From a virus (taxonomy: Duplodnaviria > Caudoviricetes): 45,802 nt of DNA. Made by a program: the position numbers and the translations under genes. Below are positions 1-10,686 of the stretch, piece by piece (position 1 is the first letter of the stretch; each line of letters starts with the position of its first letter). Where the stretch lies: the IMG/VR virus record IMGVR_UViG_3300023270_000003, positions 1-45,802 of that record. One strand, 5' to 3'. The notes under the pieces were generated by a model. The model searched no databases. It worked only from the letters and a program-made list of their open reading frames with translations, and was not told where the DNA came from.

Positions 1-133
1 GGATACAAGCAAAGGGTGCAATCTACTGCGCTCTCCCCTCGCCCGTCGGGTGTGTTTACTGAGCCTAGTGTCAACTTCTATAAGCTGGACTTTATCCCTA
101 AGCTCAGGGCCGGGCAAGCGGGGCGGGCTACCT
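1..133. repeat. Terminal direct repeat copy 1 (circular assembly overlap)
   Basis: Matches 45670-45802 except G127 vs A45796; lies inside a continuous ORF. Confidence 0.97.
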
Positions 134-1809
134 ACTTTGCGGGCGCTCAACTCTGGGCTTACGACGGGGCAGAGCTTGCTGAGGCTTGTTTCCATCAGGC
201 CCCAGAAGGCACCACTTACACGCCAGCAGGCGGCGGCTCTATGTCTGCCGGGACCTACCGCTACCGAATCGATTTGTGCCACAAGAACGCGCAGAACGAA
301 GAGGTGCGGAGTTGGTCCATCATCTCTAACGCCGTGATTTCTGGCGCCAGTGGGCAGGTCACTATCGTGGTCCCCACTATGCCCATGACCAGGCGCGAGG
401 ATGCGTATTTTCTGATTTACCGCACGCAAGCAAACGGGACCGTTTTTACTCTTTGCAATTCCAGAGACCCCTCGTCAGCTCTCTTTCTTCGCAACAATCA
501 GGCGAATGTGTCCGCCACACTGGTGGACCAAGCCTCGGATGCTACGATTTCGACGCAAGAGTATCATCCGGCAAATGCAGCGGGCAATTATCTTGACCCT
601 CTGCCTGCGCCAGCTTGCGAGGTGGTTGCGGGTGGGCGCGATCGCTTGTGGCTTGCCGGGGGCGAATTGGCTCCTGGCGAGCTTTCTCCATCGCGGCTTT
701 TTCAGCCTAAGGAGGCACCCGCGTTCTCCCCTGCGTTGAACATTCAAATTGACAGGAACGATGAACCTGTCACGGCTATAGGGTTTTTGAACAACATCGC
801 CGTCGTGTTCAGACGCACGGCTTCTTACATCATCGAATCTGACGGCCCCGACAACTCACTCAATGGTGCTTGGGTATCTCCGCGTAAGGCTATTTCAGAT
901 ACCGGGGCCATCGGACCTGAGGGGTTGGCTGTCACGACCGCGGGCTTGTGGTTTCAGGCTCCAATTGGGCTGCGTTTGATGACTAATGGGGGCAGCATGG
1001 ACCCGCAGGCGGGGCAGGATGTCGACCCGATTACCGCGGGTGCCAGCTACTCCGCTGCTGTTGTGGTGCCACAGTACACTCAAGTGCGCTGGTACTCTTC
1101 TGACCCCAGCAAGCCAACGGTGGTTGTTGATTACTCCAGCAATTCGTGGAGCACTTGGACGGGCCTCACTTGCGTGGGAGCTAATTTCTGGCCAATCACA
1201 GACCTTGCTGTGATTTCAAAGGGAGACGGCTACATTTGGCGCGAGGATTCGACCATTTACACTGACAACGGCCTCCCTTATGAGCATATCGTGCGCACGG
1301 CTTGGCTGCGTGGAGCACAGTTGGGTGATTTTCAGCGCTTTCGTCGATTTGCTCTTTTTGGCAACTCGGCGGCCCCTGTTAGTTTGAGGTGCCGCATCTT
1401 CTACGACGAGCGACCATTCCACGATGAGGAATTTGTTCTGGATTTTCCCCTGGCAGACGGCCTTACCGAGTCAATTTTCAACACCAGCATTTGGGGCGGC
1501 AGTAGCCTAGCCACACCTTCGCCAGTTTGGGGAAACTTTTCTGTGTGGGGCGATTCAATTGGGCAGACACAAGAGGTCGGTGTTCCGCTATACTTTAATG
1601 ACGGAGTTTTCAAATTCCGCCATCGGCCTGCCCGTCAGAAGTGCTCAGTGTTTTCTATTGAGTTTTCTGACCTCGGGGCGCCCAACTCTAGCTTTGAGCC
1701 TGTTGTTTTGGCACTAGAAATTGCCAAGAAGAAGGGGCTTGATAGAATCCCCAGCGGCAACTATGGGGGCAATAGTGTGTTCAATGGGGCTGGGGGCGGG
1801 GGAACCTAA
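1..1809 (+). CDS. Tail nozzle / DNA stabilization protein, 3' part (gene starts at 44122 across the junction, ~1118 aa)
   Basis: In frame with 44122 via the overlap; beta-rich with W/D motifs; position between adaptor and ejection genes as for P22 gp10/T7 gp12. Confidence 0.7.
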   Translation, partial: GYKQRVQSTALSPRPSGVFTEPSVNFYKLDFIPKLRAGQAGRATYFAGAQLWAYDGAELAEACFHQAPEGTTYTPAGGGSMSAGTYRYRIDLCHKNAQNEEVRSWSIISNAVISGASGQVTIVVPTMPMTRREDAYFLIYRTQANGTVFTLCNSRDPSSALFLRNNQANVSATLVDQASDATISTQEYHPANAAGNYLDPLPAPACEVVAGGRDRLWLAGGELAPGELSPSRLFQPKEAPAFSPALNIQIDRNDEPVTAIGFLNNIAVVFRRTASYIIESDGPDNSLNGAWVSPRKAISDTGAIGPEGLAVTTAGLWFQAPIGLRLMTNGGSMDPQAGQDVDPITAGASYSAAVVVPQYTQVRWYSSDPSKPTVVVDYSSNSWSTWTGLTCVGANFWPITDLAVISKGDGYIWREDSTIYTDNGLPYEHIVRTAWLRGAQLGDFQRFRRFALFGNSAAPVSLRCRIFYDERPFHDEEFVLDFPLADGLTESIFNTSIWGGSSLATPSPVWGNFSVWGDSIGQTQEVGVPLYFNDGVFKFRHRPARQKCSVFSIEFSDLGAPNSSFEPVVLALEIAKKKGLDRIPSGNYGGNSVFNGAGGGGT

Positions 1810-1832
1810 CATCTCTCAGTAAAGGACTAATC

Positions 1833-2594
1833 ATGGGTAAAGGTGGAGATACCGCTAAGGGCGCAGCAGGCGGCGCCGCAACTGGTGCCGCAATTGGGGG
1901 GCCATGGGGGGCCGCAATCGGTGGGGTGGCGGGTGGGCTTCTTGGCTACTTTGGCTCTGGTGACAACGACCAGAACAAGCAGCTTGCCGAGGAGTACCGT
2001 AAGCAGGTGGCCGCTCGTGAGGCTCCGCAAATCAATCCAAGCCAGGTGGGGCAGGCTGCAACCTCCGGCTTTCGTGCTAACCAGCAGGGGCTCATCAATC
2101 GCCTTGAGGCCATGTCAGCCGGCCGAGGACCTAGCGTTGCTGGTGAGCAGCTGAAAATGGCCACGGACAGAAATACGGCCACTCAGCAAAGCATTGCGCA
2201 ATCTGGGCGCGGGAACGCAACGTTGGCTAATATTGTGGCCGCTAACAACAGCAACAATTTTGGGCAGGGGGCAGCTCAACAGGCCGCACTAGCTCGTATT
2301 TCTGAGCAGCAGATGGCACTTGGGCAACTTGGCCAGGCTACCTCTAGCGCACGCGGTATGGACGAGCAGACCGCTCAATTCAACGCGCAGCAGACTAACT
2401 TCGCCAATCAGGCCAACCTTGAGGCTAAGCTCCGCACCATGGGGCTGAATGATGCCGCTATTTTGAACGTGATGAATCAGGTCAATGGCATGAATCTGCA
2501 GCCTAGCATGGGCGACCAAATACTGGCAGGCGGTGTCGGGGCGCTTGGTACTTGGGCAGGCAATCGCAACGCTAGCGCCGCAGCAAAGGCTTAA
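1833..2594 (+). CDS. Putative DNA ejection/pilot protein
   Basis: N-terminal glycine zipper GAAGGAATGAAIGGPWGAAIGG, Q/N/A-rich helical body, position after nozzle. Confidence 0.6.
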   Translation: MGKGGDTAKGAAGGAATGAAIGGPWGAAIGGVAGGLLGYFGSGDNDQNKQLAEEYRKQVAAREAPQINPSQVGQAATSGFRANQQGLINRLEAMSAGRGPSVAGEQLKMATDRNTATQQSIAQSGRGNATLANIVAANNSNNFGQGAAQQAALARISEQQMALGQLGQATSSARGMDEQTAQFNAQQTNFANQANLEAKLRTMGLNDAAILNVMNQVNGMNLQPSMGDQILAGGVGALGTWAGNRNASAAAKA

Positions 2595-2596
2595 TC

Positions 2597-4906
2597 ATGG
2601 CTCTTGACCTCAATGACCCCAGCCAGCTTGCGGCTCTTGTGGGGGCAGCTAATTCAGGGCAGCAACTTGCGGCTCCTGATTATGCGGCCCTTCTTGGCTA
2701 TGCCCAGCCGACACCACAAGCCCAGCCACAGGAATTTAGCACGCCGGTGTTGCCTGACCCCAACAGCCAGGGTTCGGCAGTGGCCTCACCAGTAACGCTT
2801 CCCTCACAAGCTCCTGCTGGTCCAGCTAACGAACCTGCGACGACTGACTTGCCTGCTCCTAGTGTCGCGCCGCAAGCTCCTGACCCTAACTTGTCGGCTC
2901 CTGCACCTGGTCTCAGTCCTGGCCAAGCAGTCGGGGGTGGTTACTCGGTCTCTGGTTTCAACCCCAACGCCTTCAACGCCATCCAGGCAGGGCCGGCTAA
3001 GGGGGTCCGAGGTCAGATTGCGGGCGAGAAGGCTCAAGCTAACGCCGAGTTTGCTCCAATCCTTGCAGATTCGCATGCAGCCACGCAGGCGGCAATTGAT
3101 GCCACCACCAAGCAGGGCGAGATTGAGGCACAAAGGATTGCTGCTTTGGGCGAGGGCAAGGCTCAAATTGCTCAAGCTCAGCAGGGCTTTATCGACAAGG
3201 AGAGTGCCGCTATCGCCGAATCCCAGGCGGCTGCTAAGGGGGCACAGGCTGACTATCGGGCCGCGCTTGCTGATTGGGCTGGTAGCAAGGTGAACCCGGC
3301 GCAGCTTTGGGATGCAGGCGGCAAGGTGGGGCAGTTTGCCATGGTGGCTACGGCCTTCGGCCATGACTTTCTCGGCGCCCGGGGCATCAAGACTAGCGGC
3401 ATGGATAGCATCAACAAAGCTATCCAGAACAACATTAATGCACAGCTGGCTAATATCGAGAAAAAGGGCCAGGTTGCTGCAGGGTTCAAGAACCTGTGGG
3501 ACATGCAGCGCCAGCAGTCAGCCAGTGATTCTGAGGCCAGGGAGCGGATGCGCGGCTTCTATCTCGAGGGCATAAAGAATCAGATTGATGCTAATCTCTC
3601 TGGGTACGACTCAGAGTTGGCGCGCGCTAAGGCTCAGGCCGCTAAGGCAGAGCTTGTCAAGGAGCAGGTCAAAAACGACTTGCTGGTAAAGCAGCACATC
3701 GACAAGGCTTTCAATGACCGGGCACAGCAGCGCATCGAGCTTTACAAGGCCGACCTGAGCGCTTCCTCGGCTCGCTACTCTGCAGATGCGCATCTCAAAG
3801 CGGCGCAAATTGCCGCAGGGGCCAAGGATAAGTCGCACCCGCTTGATGGCGTGATTTTTGACACCAGCACGTCTGGTAAGAATCTTGCCGATAGGCGCTT
3901 CTTGCCAGGCACTCCGCCTGCTACCCAAGCTACTTTGAGAGAGCAGAACGCCAAGGTTTTGAATACGTCAGAGAAAATTCAAGAGCTTATCCAGCTTCAA
4001 GAGGCTGCAGGGCGAGTTCCCCCGACAGACTTCGGGCCAGCAAAGAAGCTTCAGGGCGAAGCCAAGCGGGCCGCAGAGCAGGTTAGAACGCTTGTCCGAA
4101 CTAGCCTTCTTTATGACTCCACCGGTAAAGCCATCAATGAGAAGGAGATGGAAATCTTCGACGAGATTGTCGGCAAGAAAGACTGGTGGCTTAATGGAGA
4201 TAACACCCGTGCCCTTTCTATCTTGGCCAAGAGCAATCTTGACAAACAGAAGGCTATCATGAGCGGTGTGTCGACTAAGATTGGGCCAGGTGACCCGGTG
4301 TTCGGCTACTCTTCGGGGCCGAATACTACGGCACCAGGTGAGTCGACCCTGTTTGATATTCAAAGTCAGCCGGGGTCAGGTAAGCCGGGCGAGAGTGAGG
4401 TTGACAAGTACCAGAAGTGGGCAGCGTCTCCTAATGCTCTGGAAGCCTACGATATCAAAAAGGTACCGAAAGAGGGGCCAGGCAATCAAGCTACCGTTTC
4501 TCGTGACTGGTCTACTTTCCTAGAAGAAAACCCTAACTTCAACTTGAAAGACACCAAGATTCAGGCCAAGCGCACAGGAGATACTTCCATTCTTGGCGGG
4601 TTTGACTCCGCGCACGAAACGGCTAGGTCCGAGAAGAATCCTGACCGCGCCTTCATTCAGCTTGAGCGACTTGCTGACCTTGCGCTGTCTGGCGACAAGT
4701 CCGCAGAGAACGTGATTCATGCGCTGGCAGATGGCGAGTTGCTGCGCCCTGAAGGCGAGGGCGACCAGAAAAAGGTAAAGTTCAAGAAGTCGGGGTCGGA
4801 ATCTCAGTCAGACCAGGACGCAATTTTGAGCATGTACGCGAAGTGGGAAGAAGCGCGACTGGCTGGCAAAAAGGTGCCTGGGCAAGAGAACGCTACTGAG
4901 GAATAA
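2597..4906 (+). CDS. Putative internal virion/ejection protein
   Basis: 769 aa, Pro-rich N-terminus then Ala/Gln/Lys coiled coil; podovirus synteny. Confidence 0.55.
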   Translation: MALDLNDPSQLAALVGAANSGQQLAAPDYAALLGYAQPTPQAQPQEFSTPVLPDPNSQGSAVASPVTLPSQAPAGPANEPATTDLPAPSVAPQAPDPNLSAPAPGLSPGQAVGGGYSVSGFNPNAFNAIQAGPAKGVRGQIAGEKAQANAEFAPILADSHAATQAAIDATTKQGEIEAQRIAALGEGKAQIAQAQQGFIDKESAAIAESQAAAKGAQADYRAALADWAGSKVNPAQLWDAGGKVGQFAMVATAFGHDFLGARGIKTSGMDSINKAIQNNINAQLANIEKKGQVAAGFKNLWDMQRQQSASDSEARERMRGFYLEGIKNQIDANLSGYDSELARAKAQAAKAELVKEQVKNDLLVKQHIDKAFNDRAQQRIELYKADLSASSARYSADAHLKAAQIAAGAKDKSHPLDGVIFDTSTSGKNLADRRFLPGTPPATQATLREQNAKVLNTSEKIQELIQLQEAAGRVPPTDFGPAKKLQGEAKRAAEQVRTLVRTSLLYDSTGKAINEKEMEIFDEIVGKKDWWLNGDNTRALSILAKSNLDKQKAIMSGVSTKIGPGDPVFGYSSGPNTTAPGESTLFDIQSQPGSGKPGESEVDKYQKWAASPNALEAYDIKKVPKEGPGNQATVSRDWSTFLEENPNFNLKDTKIQAKRTGDTSILGGFDSAHETARSEKNPDRAFIQLERLADLALSGDKSAENVIHALADGELLRPEGEGDQKKVKFKKSGSESQSDQDAILSMYAKWEEARLAGKKVPGQENATEE

Positions 4907-7324
4907 ATGCCGGAAAAGGTAATTCTCGTACGGGGGGATGGCACTAAGCTTGAGGCTACGCCCGAGCAGGCTGAGCGTCTTGCTATTCTCGGCTATCAGC
5001 AAGAGACATCTGACCAACACATTAGGGATGTTCAGCAGGGGGCTGAGCGAGACTATTACGAGTCTGGCTCCCAGCGGCTTAGAGGGCTAGGGGAGGCTGT
5101 TGGCGCCGGGCTTAGCTTTGGGGCCAGCGACTTCTTTGGTGACCGCGAAGGGACGGCCAAGCGCGCTGAGTACAATCCTGGCACCCGCATCACTGGCGAG
5201 ATTCTGGGTGCCGTTGCGCCTCTAATCTTGTCAGGCGGCAAGTCTGCGGAAGCATCTGCGGCCCGAGTCGGTGAGGCGGCTGCGGGCGCTGCTGAGGGCG
5301 CTACTGCCATCAAGGAGGCGTCTGCCCTCTCTAAGGTGGCGAGTAAGGCACCAACCTCGCTGCTTTCTGATGCTGCTAGAGCGCTGGCGCCCGGGGCTGA
5401 ACGTTCACTCACCAAAGCAATCTCTGCGGGCGTTCTCGAAGGTTCTGTCTACGGAATTACCGGCACTGTTGACCATTCTTACCTGGACGGCACTCCCCTA
5501 ACTTCCGAGGCAGTGCTGCACGGAGTCGGCTGGGGGGCATTCCTTGGCGGCGCTTTGGCTGGAGTTGGGCACGGTATCGAGAAGATTGGCGCTGAGGCTC
5601 AGGCTGCGATTGATAGGCCCGCCGTTGAGGCCGCTAAATACACGAAGGCAGTTAAAGAGGCTGAGGTCGCTGAGGCGGCGCGAGTTCTTAAGGCTAAGGA
5701 ACCCCCTGTGCCAAGGGGGGCACTTGAAGGCACGGCTGGCGCGGAGTACAAGGCTTTCAAGGGCGAGACCAAGAACCTGGTTAACTCTTTCAAGGAGGCT
5801 GTTAACGAGGTCGATAACTCGATTGTCGGCGCCTTTGAGCAGGCTAAGTCCAGCGTCCCTGCCATGCACTTCCCCATAATTGACCAGGGAATTTCTGAGG
5901 CCCGCACTCTTTTCCAGAAAGCTCTCAAGACGGCAGAGTCCGGCAAGTTTGAGGCGGCACAAGAAGCTGTCTCTGAGTACGCGTCCAAGACTCGCGAAAT
6001 TGGCAAGATTCTGGACATCAACATCCCCTCGCCAATCAAGCCTTTTAACGATTTCCTGGCTATGAAGGCTGTGGGGGCCGAATTGCAGCGCTTGCCAAAT
6101 TCCGTCGAGGCGTTTGCCACCATGAGCCCGGCCAGCTTTGAGCGCATCTCTGGCTCGCTGGAAAAGATGCAGTCTCTAGGAGTTGGGGGCACGGATATTG
6201 TGAAGGAGGCGGCCACCAACTTCAGCAAGGCACTTGGTATCGAGGCAGACGATTTGCGCTCTGCTTGGCGCGCGGCTAAGGAAATCTATAAGAATGAGGG
6301 CAAGCCTGGTAAAGTGAACATGGCGGAGCGTATCAAGCCTCCCGAAAAGCCCGGGCTCCTGAAGGGCGGCAAAGAAGCTGAGACAGAGTCCAGCGGCCCC
6401 CCAAGCTTTCTTCGGCATTTGCTTGGATATGCAGCGGGCGGCAAGGCTTACGTGGCGGCAAGGGCGGCAGGACTCGGGCGCGTGGGCGGGTATGCGGCCT
6501 ATCGTGGCGTGCGTGATGCGGTTGTTAACGGCACCAAGCATCTTTCTGAGGTGCGGGCGGCGGCGATTAGCAAGGTGCGGGATGCAACGGCTGCCTTTGC
6601 TCCTGGCACGGGGAGGGCTGTCCGTTATGCTGCTGGCTCCGCGGCATCAGGGCTTGGTACCACGCTGTATGGCGAGAAAGACACCAGCACTAAGGACCCT
6701 CAGCAACTGGCGATGAACCGCATCAAGGAGATTAATGAGTTTGCTCCTACTGCCTCTAACAGCCTATTCAAGGTTGTGGAACCGCTTGGTACTGTTCAGC
6801 CTGAGTTGGCTAAGGGCATTCACGCTTCTGGGCTAGAAGCTTTTAAGGCCCTGTACGAGATGACGCCTAAGGACCCTGGGGCCATCTCCAAGCTTAAGGG
6901 GATTTGGAAGCCCAGCGATGTTGCAGCCTTGACGCTCTCTAAGCAGCTTGCTGTATTTCACGCCCCGCTGGCCGAGGCTGTGGATATGATGAAGACCAAC
7001 AACTTTGACCCCATCAAGTGTGAGGCACTGCGCAAGTTCGCCCCCGCCGTGTGGCAAGAGATGCGGGTGGGCATGCTTGAGAAGATTTCGCAGCCTGGTG
7101 TCATGGACAAGATGACGTATGGCGACCAAATCGGCCTCAGCGTAATGCTCGACCTTCCAATTCACAGCAGCATGGAGCCAGGTTACATCGCCACCAGCCA
7201 GCAGCTGTTTGTTGACAGAAACCAACCCCTCGCAGCAAATCCGCGCATCGGCCAGAACGGCGGTGCCCCGAATCCAGCCGATAACGCTAACGCAACCTCA
7301 GCTCAGAAAACGGAGAACCACTAA
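4907..7324 (+). CDS. Putative large internal virion/ejection protein
   Basis: 805 aa Ala/Gly-rich with hydrophobic GxxxG segments; synteny. Confidence 0.55.
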   Translation: MPEKVILVRGDGTKLEATPEQAERLAILGYQQETSDQHIRDVQQGAERDYYESGSQRLRGLGEAVGAGLSFGASDFFGDREGTAKRAEYNPGTRITGEILGAVAPLILSGGKSAEASAARVGEAAAGAAEGATAIKEASALSKVASKAPTSLLSDAARALAPGAERSLTKAISAGVLEGSVYGITGTVDHSYLDGTPLTSEAVLHGVGWGAFLGGALAGVGHGIEKIGAEAQAAIDRPAVEAAKYTKAVKEAEVAEAARVLKAKEPPVPRGALEGTAGAEYKAFKGETKNLVNSFKEAVNEVDNSIVGAFEQAKSSVPAMHFPIIDQGISEARTLFQKALKTAESGKFEAAQEAVSEYASKTREIGKILDINIPSPIKPFNDFLAMKAVGAELQRLPNSVEAFATMSPASFERISGSLEKMQSLGVGGTDIVKEAATNFSKALGIEADDLRSAWRAAKEIYKNEGKPGKVNMAERIKPPEKPGLLKGGKEAETESSGPPSFLRHLLGYAAGGKAYVAARAAGLGRVGGYAAYRGVRDAVVNGTKHLSEVRAAAISKVRDATAAFAPGTGRAVRYAAGSAASGLGTTLYGEKDTSTKDPQQLAMNRIKEINEFAPTASNSLFKVVEPLGTVQPELAKGIHASGLEAFKALYEMTPKDPGAISKLKGIWKPSDVAALTLSKQLAVFHAPLAEAVDMMKTNNFDPIKCEALRKFAPAVWQEMRVGMLEKISQPGVMDKMTYGDQIGLSVMLDLPIHSSMEPGYIATSQQLFVDRNQPLAANPRIGQNGGAPNPADNANATSAQKTENH

Positions 7325-7722
7325 TGGCCGCACCATTCAGCATTTTTAACTTCCGCAGCGCGACTGACCCGGGCGCCCCAACCGTTAACTCGGTGGCAAT
7401 CAGCGGCACTCCGACTGTCTACTCAGATATTTGGACTGGCGAGGATTCCGACGGCTCGGGCCTGACGGTGTACACTACTGGAACGCTTACGGGCACCTTT
7501 ACGCGCTGGGGGACCGATAAGCCATTCCCTGACCTCACCACGGATAACGACTGGATTCAGGACACGGTCTTTGCGCCCACCAATCCTGCCGGCGCCCCTG
7601 TCAAGTTTCGAGATGACACGGGCAACGATAAGGCTCGATGGAAGCGGCTCAAGTACGTCGGGGCGAGCGGCACGGGCAACATTCAGGGCTTTGTAAACGT
7701 CACCAAAACTCGTGGCGCGTAA
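7324..7722 (+). CDS. Putative virion structural protein
   Basis: 132 aa beta-rich, TAATG-coupled to upstream gene. Confidence 0.45.
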   Translation: MAAPFSIFNFRSATDPGAPTVNSVAISGTPTVYSDIWTGEDSDGSGLTVYTTGTLTGTFTRWGTDKPFPDLTTDNDWIQDTVFAPTNPAGAPVKFRDDTGNDKARWKRLKYVGASGTGNIQGFVNVTKTRGA

Positions 7723-7737
7723 TATTCAGGACTGGCA

Positions 7738-8544
7738 ATGGCCCACGGAATTATTCACAACTCTCGGCACGGCTCAGTGCATGGCGCGCGGCATTTTGGC
7801 CTGCCTCTAGACAATCCTGGCATCCCTGGCATTACCCGAGATGCAGCCAGCGGCGTGTATTGCCCGGCTAATAATGCTGAGTGGACGCTCATGATGGCAG
7901 CGGCGGGTGTGGGCTCAGGTAACCCAGCCTCTGTCTACAACTGTCAGGAGATGTCAGGTACCCTTGGTGACTCTGTGGGCGCCGTTACTCTTCCTGCTGC
8001 AGGGGCTGGGCATCTATATCAACAAACTGTGGGCGGGTGGCAAAGGCGGGCGGTGGCAACTATCGACGGGACGGCTAATCAGCGATGGGTGAACGGAACT
8101 ACGGCTCCCAATCCATCACTCACCAGCACCATGTTCATGGTGTTTGTGTCTTTGCCAGCCTCCCCGCCTGGTGTCATTCGCGACGTATGCGCGGAGGCCA
8201 CCAACGCCGATATTCGCCTGAACACTGACGGGCGTCTTAGGGCCATCTTTGGGGCGCAGTCCAATACCGTTAATGTGCATACAGGGATTGTTACACCTGT
8301 CATCATGCAAATTAACAACACTGCCACCACCAGCACTCTCTACACTCGGCTAGAGAAGCTAGTGGGCACTTACGTTCTGCCAACCAACGCCATCTTGCTG
8401 GCTCTCGGTGGGCAAACTACCGCGGCTGGTGACATCAAGCACCTATATGCGTGCCAATTTACTGGCGCGGCAGCAGAGATGACTTCAGGCGACCTTAAAA
8501 CCCTTCTGCAAACCATGGGCTGGGGCACGATTCCCTGGTCTTAG
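7738..8544 (+). CDS. Putative tail/receptor-binding protein (possibly lectin-like)
   Basis: 268 aa G/T/A-rich beta protein with His-Gly-rich N-terminus; late module. Confidence 0.4.
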   Translation: MAHGIIHNSRHGSVHGARHFGLPLDNPGIPGITRDAASGVYCPANNAEWTLMMAAAGVGSGNPASVYNCQEMSGTLGDSVGAVTLPAAGAGHLYQQTVGGWQRRAVATIDGTANQRWVNGTTAPNPSLTSTMFMVFVSLPASPPGVIRDVCAEATNADIRLNTDGRLRAIFGAQSNTVNVHTGIVTPVIMQINNTATTSTLYTRLEKLVGTYVLPTNAILLALGGQTTAAGDIKHLYACQFTGAAAEMTSGDLKTLLQTMGWGTIPWS

Positions 8545-8553
8545 TTAGGGCTC

Positions 8554-9933
8554 ATGAAAATTCTAAGCTACTTCTTCGCGCTCTTCTTGGCAGTATCCGG
8601 CGTCACTACTCTAACCACCTCTCACGCGCACGCGGCCTGCGTAAATCCTGTCGATTTTGGCGCAGTTGCTAACGACGGGCTTTCGGACCGAGTTGCTTTC
8701 CAGGCGGCTCTTAACTCGGTGGCTGCAGGGGGTGATATCTGTGTGCCCTCTGGCCGCTACGACTTTGAGCGAGCCCCTGTAAGCTCCTACAATCGCTTCG
8801 CTGCTCTGGCTACCCACGGCCACGACATTATGTTTCGCTGTGACCCCGGCGCTGAGCTTTATCTGACCGGAGACCAGGGAGCTAAGGCGACTATTCTTTT
8901 CGCGCTTGACCCCAGTTCACGAAACATCACGCTTGATGGGTGCCGCTGGGCTAGCGATGCCACGAATACTGACGAGCAGACTCATCTAATTGCCACGACT
9001 GGAAATTGTGGCGTGAGCATTGGGACCTGTAACCCAATCGACAATATCAGCATTCAGAACAACATTTTTGACCACCCCCGCGCTACTCCTACTACGCGTC
9101 GAGGCGACTCCGTGCGGCTTCTTGGCAACGGGCTTACAACTTTGGTGAGGGGCGTTAACGTTTACAACAACGTCTTTCTTAATGCTGGGCGTTCTGCTGT
9201 GGAGCTTCAGCGAGGGCTCACGGACGTTAGTATTGTAAACAACGTCATTTACTGCTTCGACTGTGACCAGGCGATTGACGGTGAGGCCACGGGCGTTAGC
9301 CCAGGACTAGAAGTCTACAACACCAAGATTTATGGCAATGTCGTGACTCTTGGTCCAGGGGCGCAGGGTGACTATGATATCGCGCTGACTTCTGGCATCG
9401 GGGCCGAGATTGGGGGCAACGAAATCACCCGCGGCATTGCGCTGGTTCGCAGCAAGAATGTCAAGATTGTAGACCAGGAGATTCTGGCCGACATGCACCA
9501 GGCGGGCGGCGTGATTGAGGTCACTAACGTGTGTGAGGCGCTGGAAATCTCTGGGGTGCGAATTGTTCGCAGCGGTATTGCCGGCCCGGTTGTGCGCGTG
9601 GTGCCGACTGAAAATGGGCACTGCACAAGCTTCAAGGCGACCAAGAGCGAGTTTGTCCAGCGCACCGCGTCATTCGGCATCTTCTCGCGCAGCACTAACG
9701 CCGAGATTGTTGACAATCTCTTTGTGTTTCAGGTCCCCGGCTCTGCAGCTATCTACGGCGGGGCAAATGTAGCGCCCATTACAAGCTTTGTTGCCATCCA
9801 GAATGTTGTGGTCGGCCAACTTGAAGCTGTTTTGTCCTTGCAATCTGAGCCACTTTCTGTGTCAGGTGTGGTACACTCAAATAAGAGCGTTTCAAGCCCT
9901 GCTAACGTAATGTGCGTTGGGCCGGGGTGCTAA
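8554..9933 (+). CDS. Parallel beta-helix (pectate lyase 3-like) protein with Sec signal peptide
   Basis: MKILSYFFALFLAVSG...AHA signal; VNPVDFGAVANDG..D..AFQAAL..VPSGRY motif; repeated IxNN stacks. Confidence 0.8.
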   Translation: MKILSYFFALFLAVSGVTTLTTSHAHAACVNPVDFGAVANDGLSDRVAFQAALNSVAAGGDICVPSGRYDFERAPVSSYNRFAALATHGHDIMFRCDPGAELYLTGDQGAKATILFALDPSSRNITLDGCRWASDATNTDEQTHLIATTGNCGVSIGTCNPIDNISIQNNIFDHPRATPTTRRGDSVRLLGNGLTTLVRGVNVYNNVFLNAGRSAVELQRGLTDVSIVNNVIYCFDCDQAIDGEATGVSPGLEVYNTKIYGNVVTLGPGAQGDYDIALTSGIGAEIGGNEITRGIALVRSKNVKIVDQEILADMHQAGGVIEVTNVCEALEISGVRIVRSGIAGPVVRVVPTENGHCTSFKATKSEFVQRTASFGIFSRSTNAEIVDNLFVFQVPGSAAIYGGANVAPITSFVAIQNVVVGQLEAVLSLQSEPLSVSGVVHSNKSVSSPANVMCVGPGC

Positions 9934-10005
9934 AGCGCTGCTAGGCTCGGCAAAGCAGTAAACCCAACAGGCGGGCGGGTTGGAGGGGCACCTTCAGGAT
10001 GATTT

Positions 10006-10206
10006 GTGGAGATTCCAACCGACATTAAGACCTTTGCTGACATCGGCCTCGGGGCAATTAGTCTCATGCTCTGGCTGAGGCAAGGGAAGATTAACGCTAG
10101 CCAGGAGCGGGCCACTAAGGACCTGACCACCATGGTGAAAGACCATGACCTGCGCATTAGTAGCCTTGAGACTCAGCGCCGGCCAGGTAAAAAGAAGGCT
10201 CGTTAG
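10006..10206 (+). CDS. Putative holin
   Basis: 66 aa, one TM segment, basic C-terminus, precedes spanins. Confidence 0.5.
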   Translation: MEIPTDIKTFADIGLGAISLMLWLRQGKINASQERATKDLTTMVKDHDLRISSLETQRRPGKKKAR

Positions 10207-10217
10207 GAGGCTTCGCA

Positions 10218-10514
10218 ATGGCTACGTTAATTGCAGTCCTAGCCTCTGTGGCGCTCCTGGCGGGAATCGGGGCCGCTATTTGGCTCAAGGTGCGGCAGGC
10301 TGGGGAGTGGGCAAGTTTGCAGGAAGTTCAAGTGAAAGCCCAAGAACTTGAGGCACGTGAGAAAGCCGCTCTGCAGGCACAGATTGAAGCAGACCGTAAG
10401 GCTAAGCAAGAGGAGTTGAAGCATGAAGCAGATGAAATCTTGGCTGAGAACGACCCGTCAGTGCGTCAACTTCGCGCTCTTGAGCTGCTTGCTAAGCTGC
10501 GGGGTGTTCACTAA
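10218..10514 (+). CDS. Inner-membrane spanin (Rz-like)
   Basis: N-terminal TM helix followed by coiled coil; AGGAGG RBS. Confidence 0.7.
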   Translation: MATLIAVLASVALLAGIGAAIWLKVRQAGEWASLQEVQVKAQELEAREKAALQAQIEADRKAKQEELKHEADEILAENDPSVRQLRALELLAKLRGVH

Positions 10515-10686
10515 AGAGGTCAAGGTCCCTGTGACTCCTGAGCCTTGCGTCATCCCTAGCTTCCACACGCAATCCAATTGCCGGGACGAAGTCCCCTGCC
10601 TGCTCACGGAGTTTGCTCTCACGTTGCAAGCTGAGCACGCTGTGGCAGACGCTTTGAAAGCCTGCCCGGGCGTGAGGAGCCAATAA
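10423..10686 (+). CDS. Outer-membrane spanin lipoprotein (Rz1-like)
   Basis: Overlaps i-spanin 3' end in another frame; lipobox LLSC; Pro/Cys mature part; start may be 10432. Confidence 0.7.
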   Translation: MKQMKSWLRTTRQCVNFALLSCLLSCGVFTKEVKVPVTPEPCVIPSFHTQSNCRDEVPCLLTEFALTLQAEHAVADALKACPGVRSQ

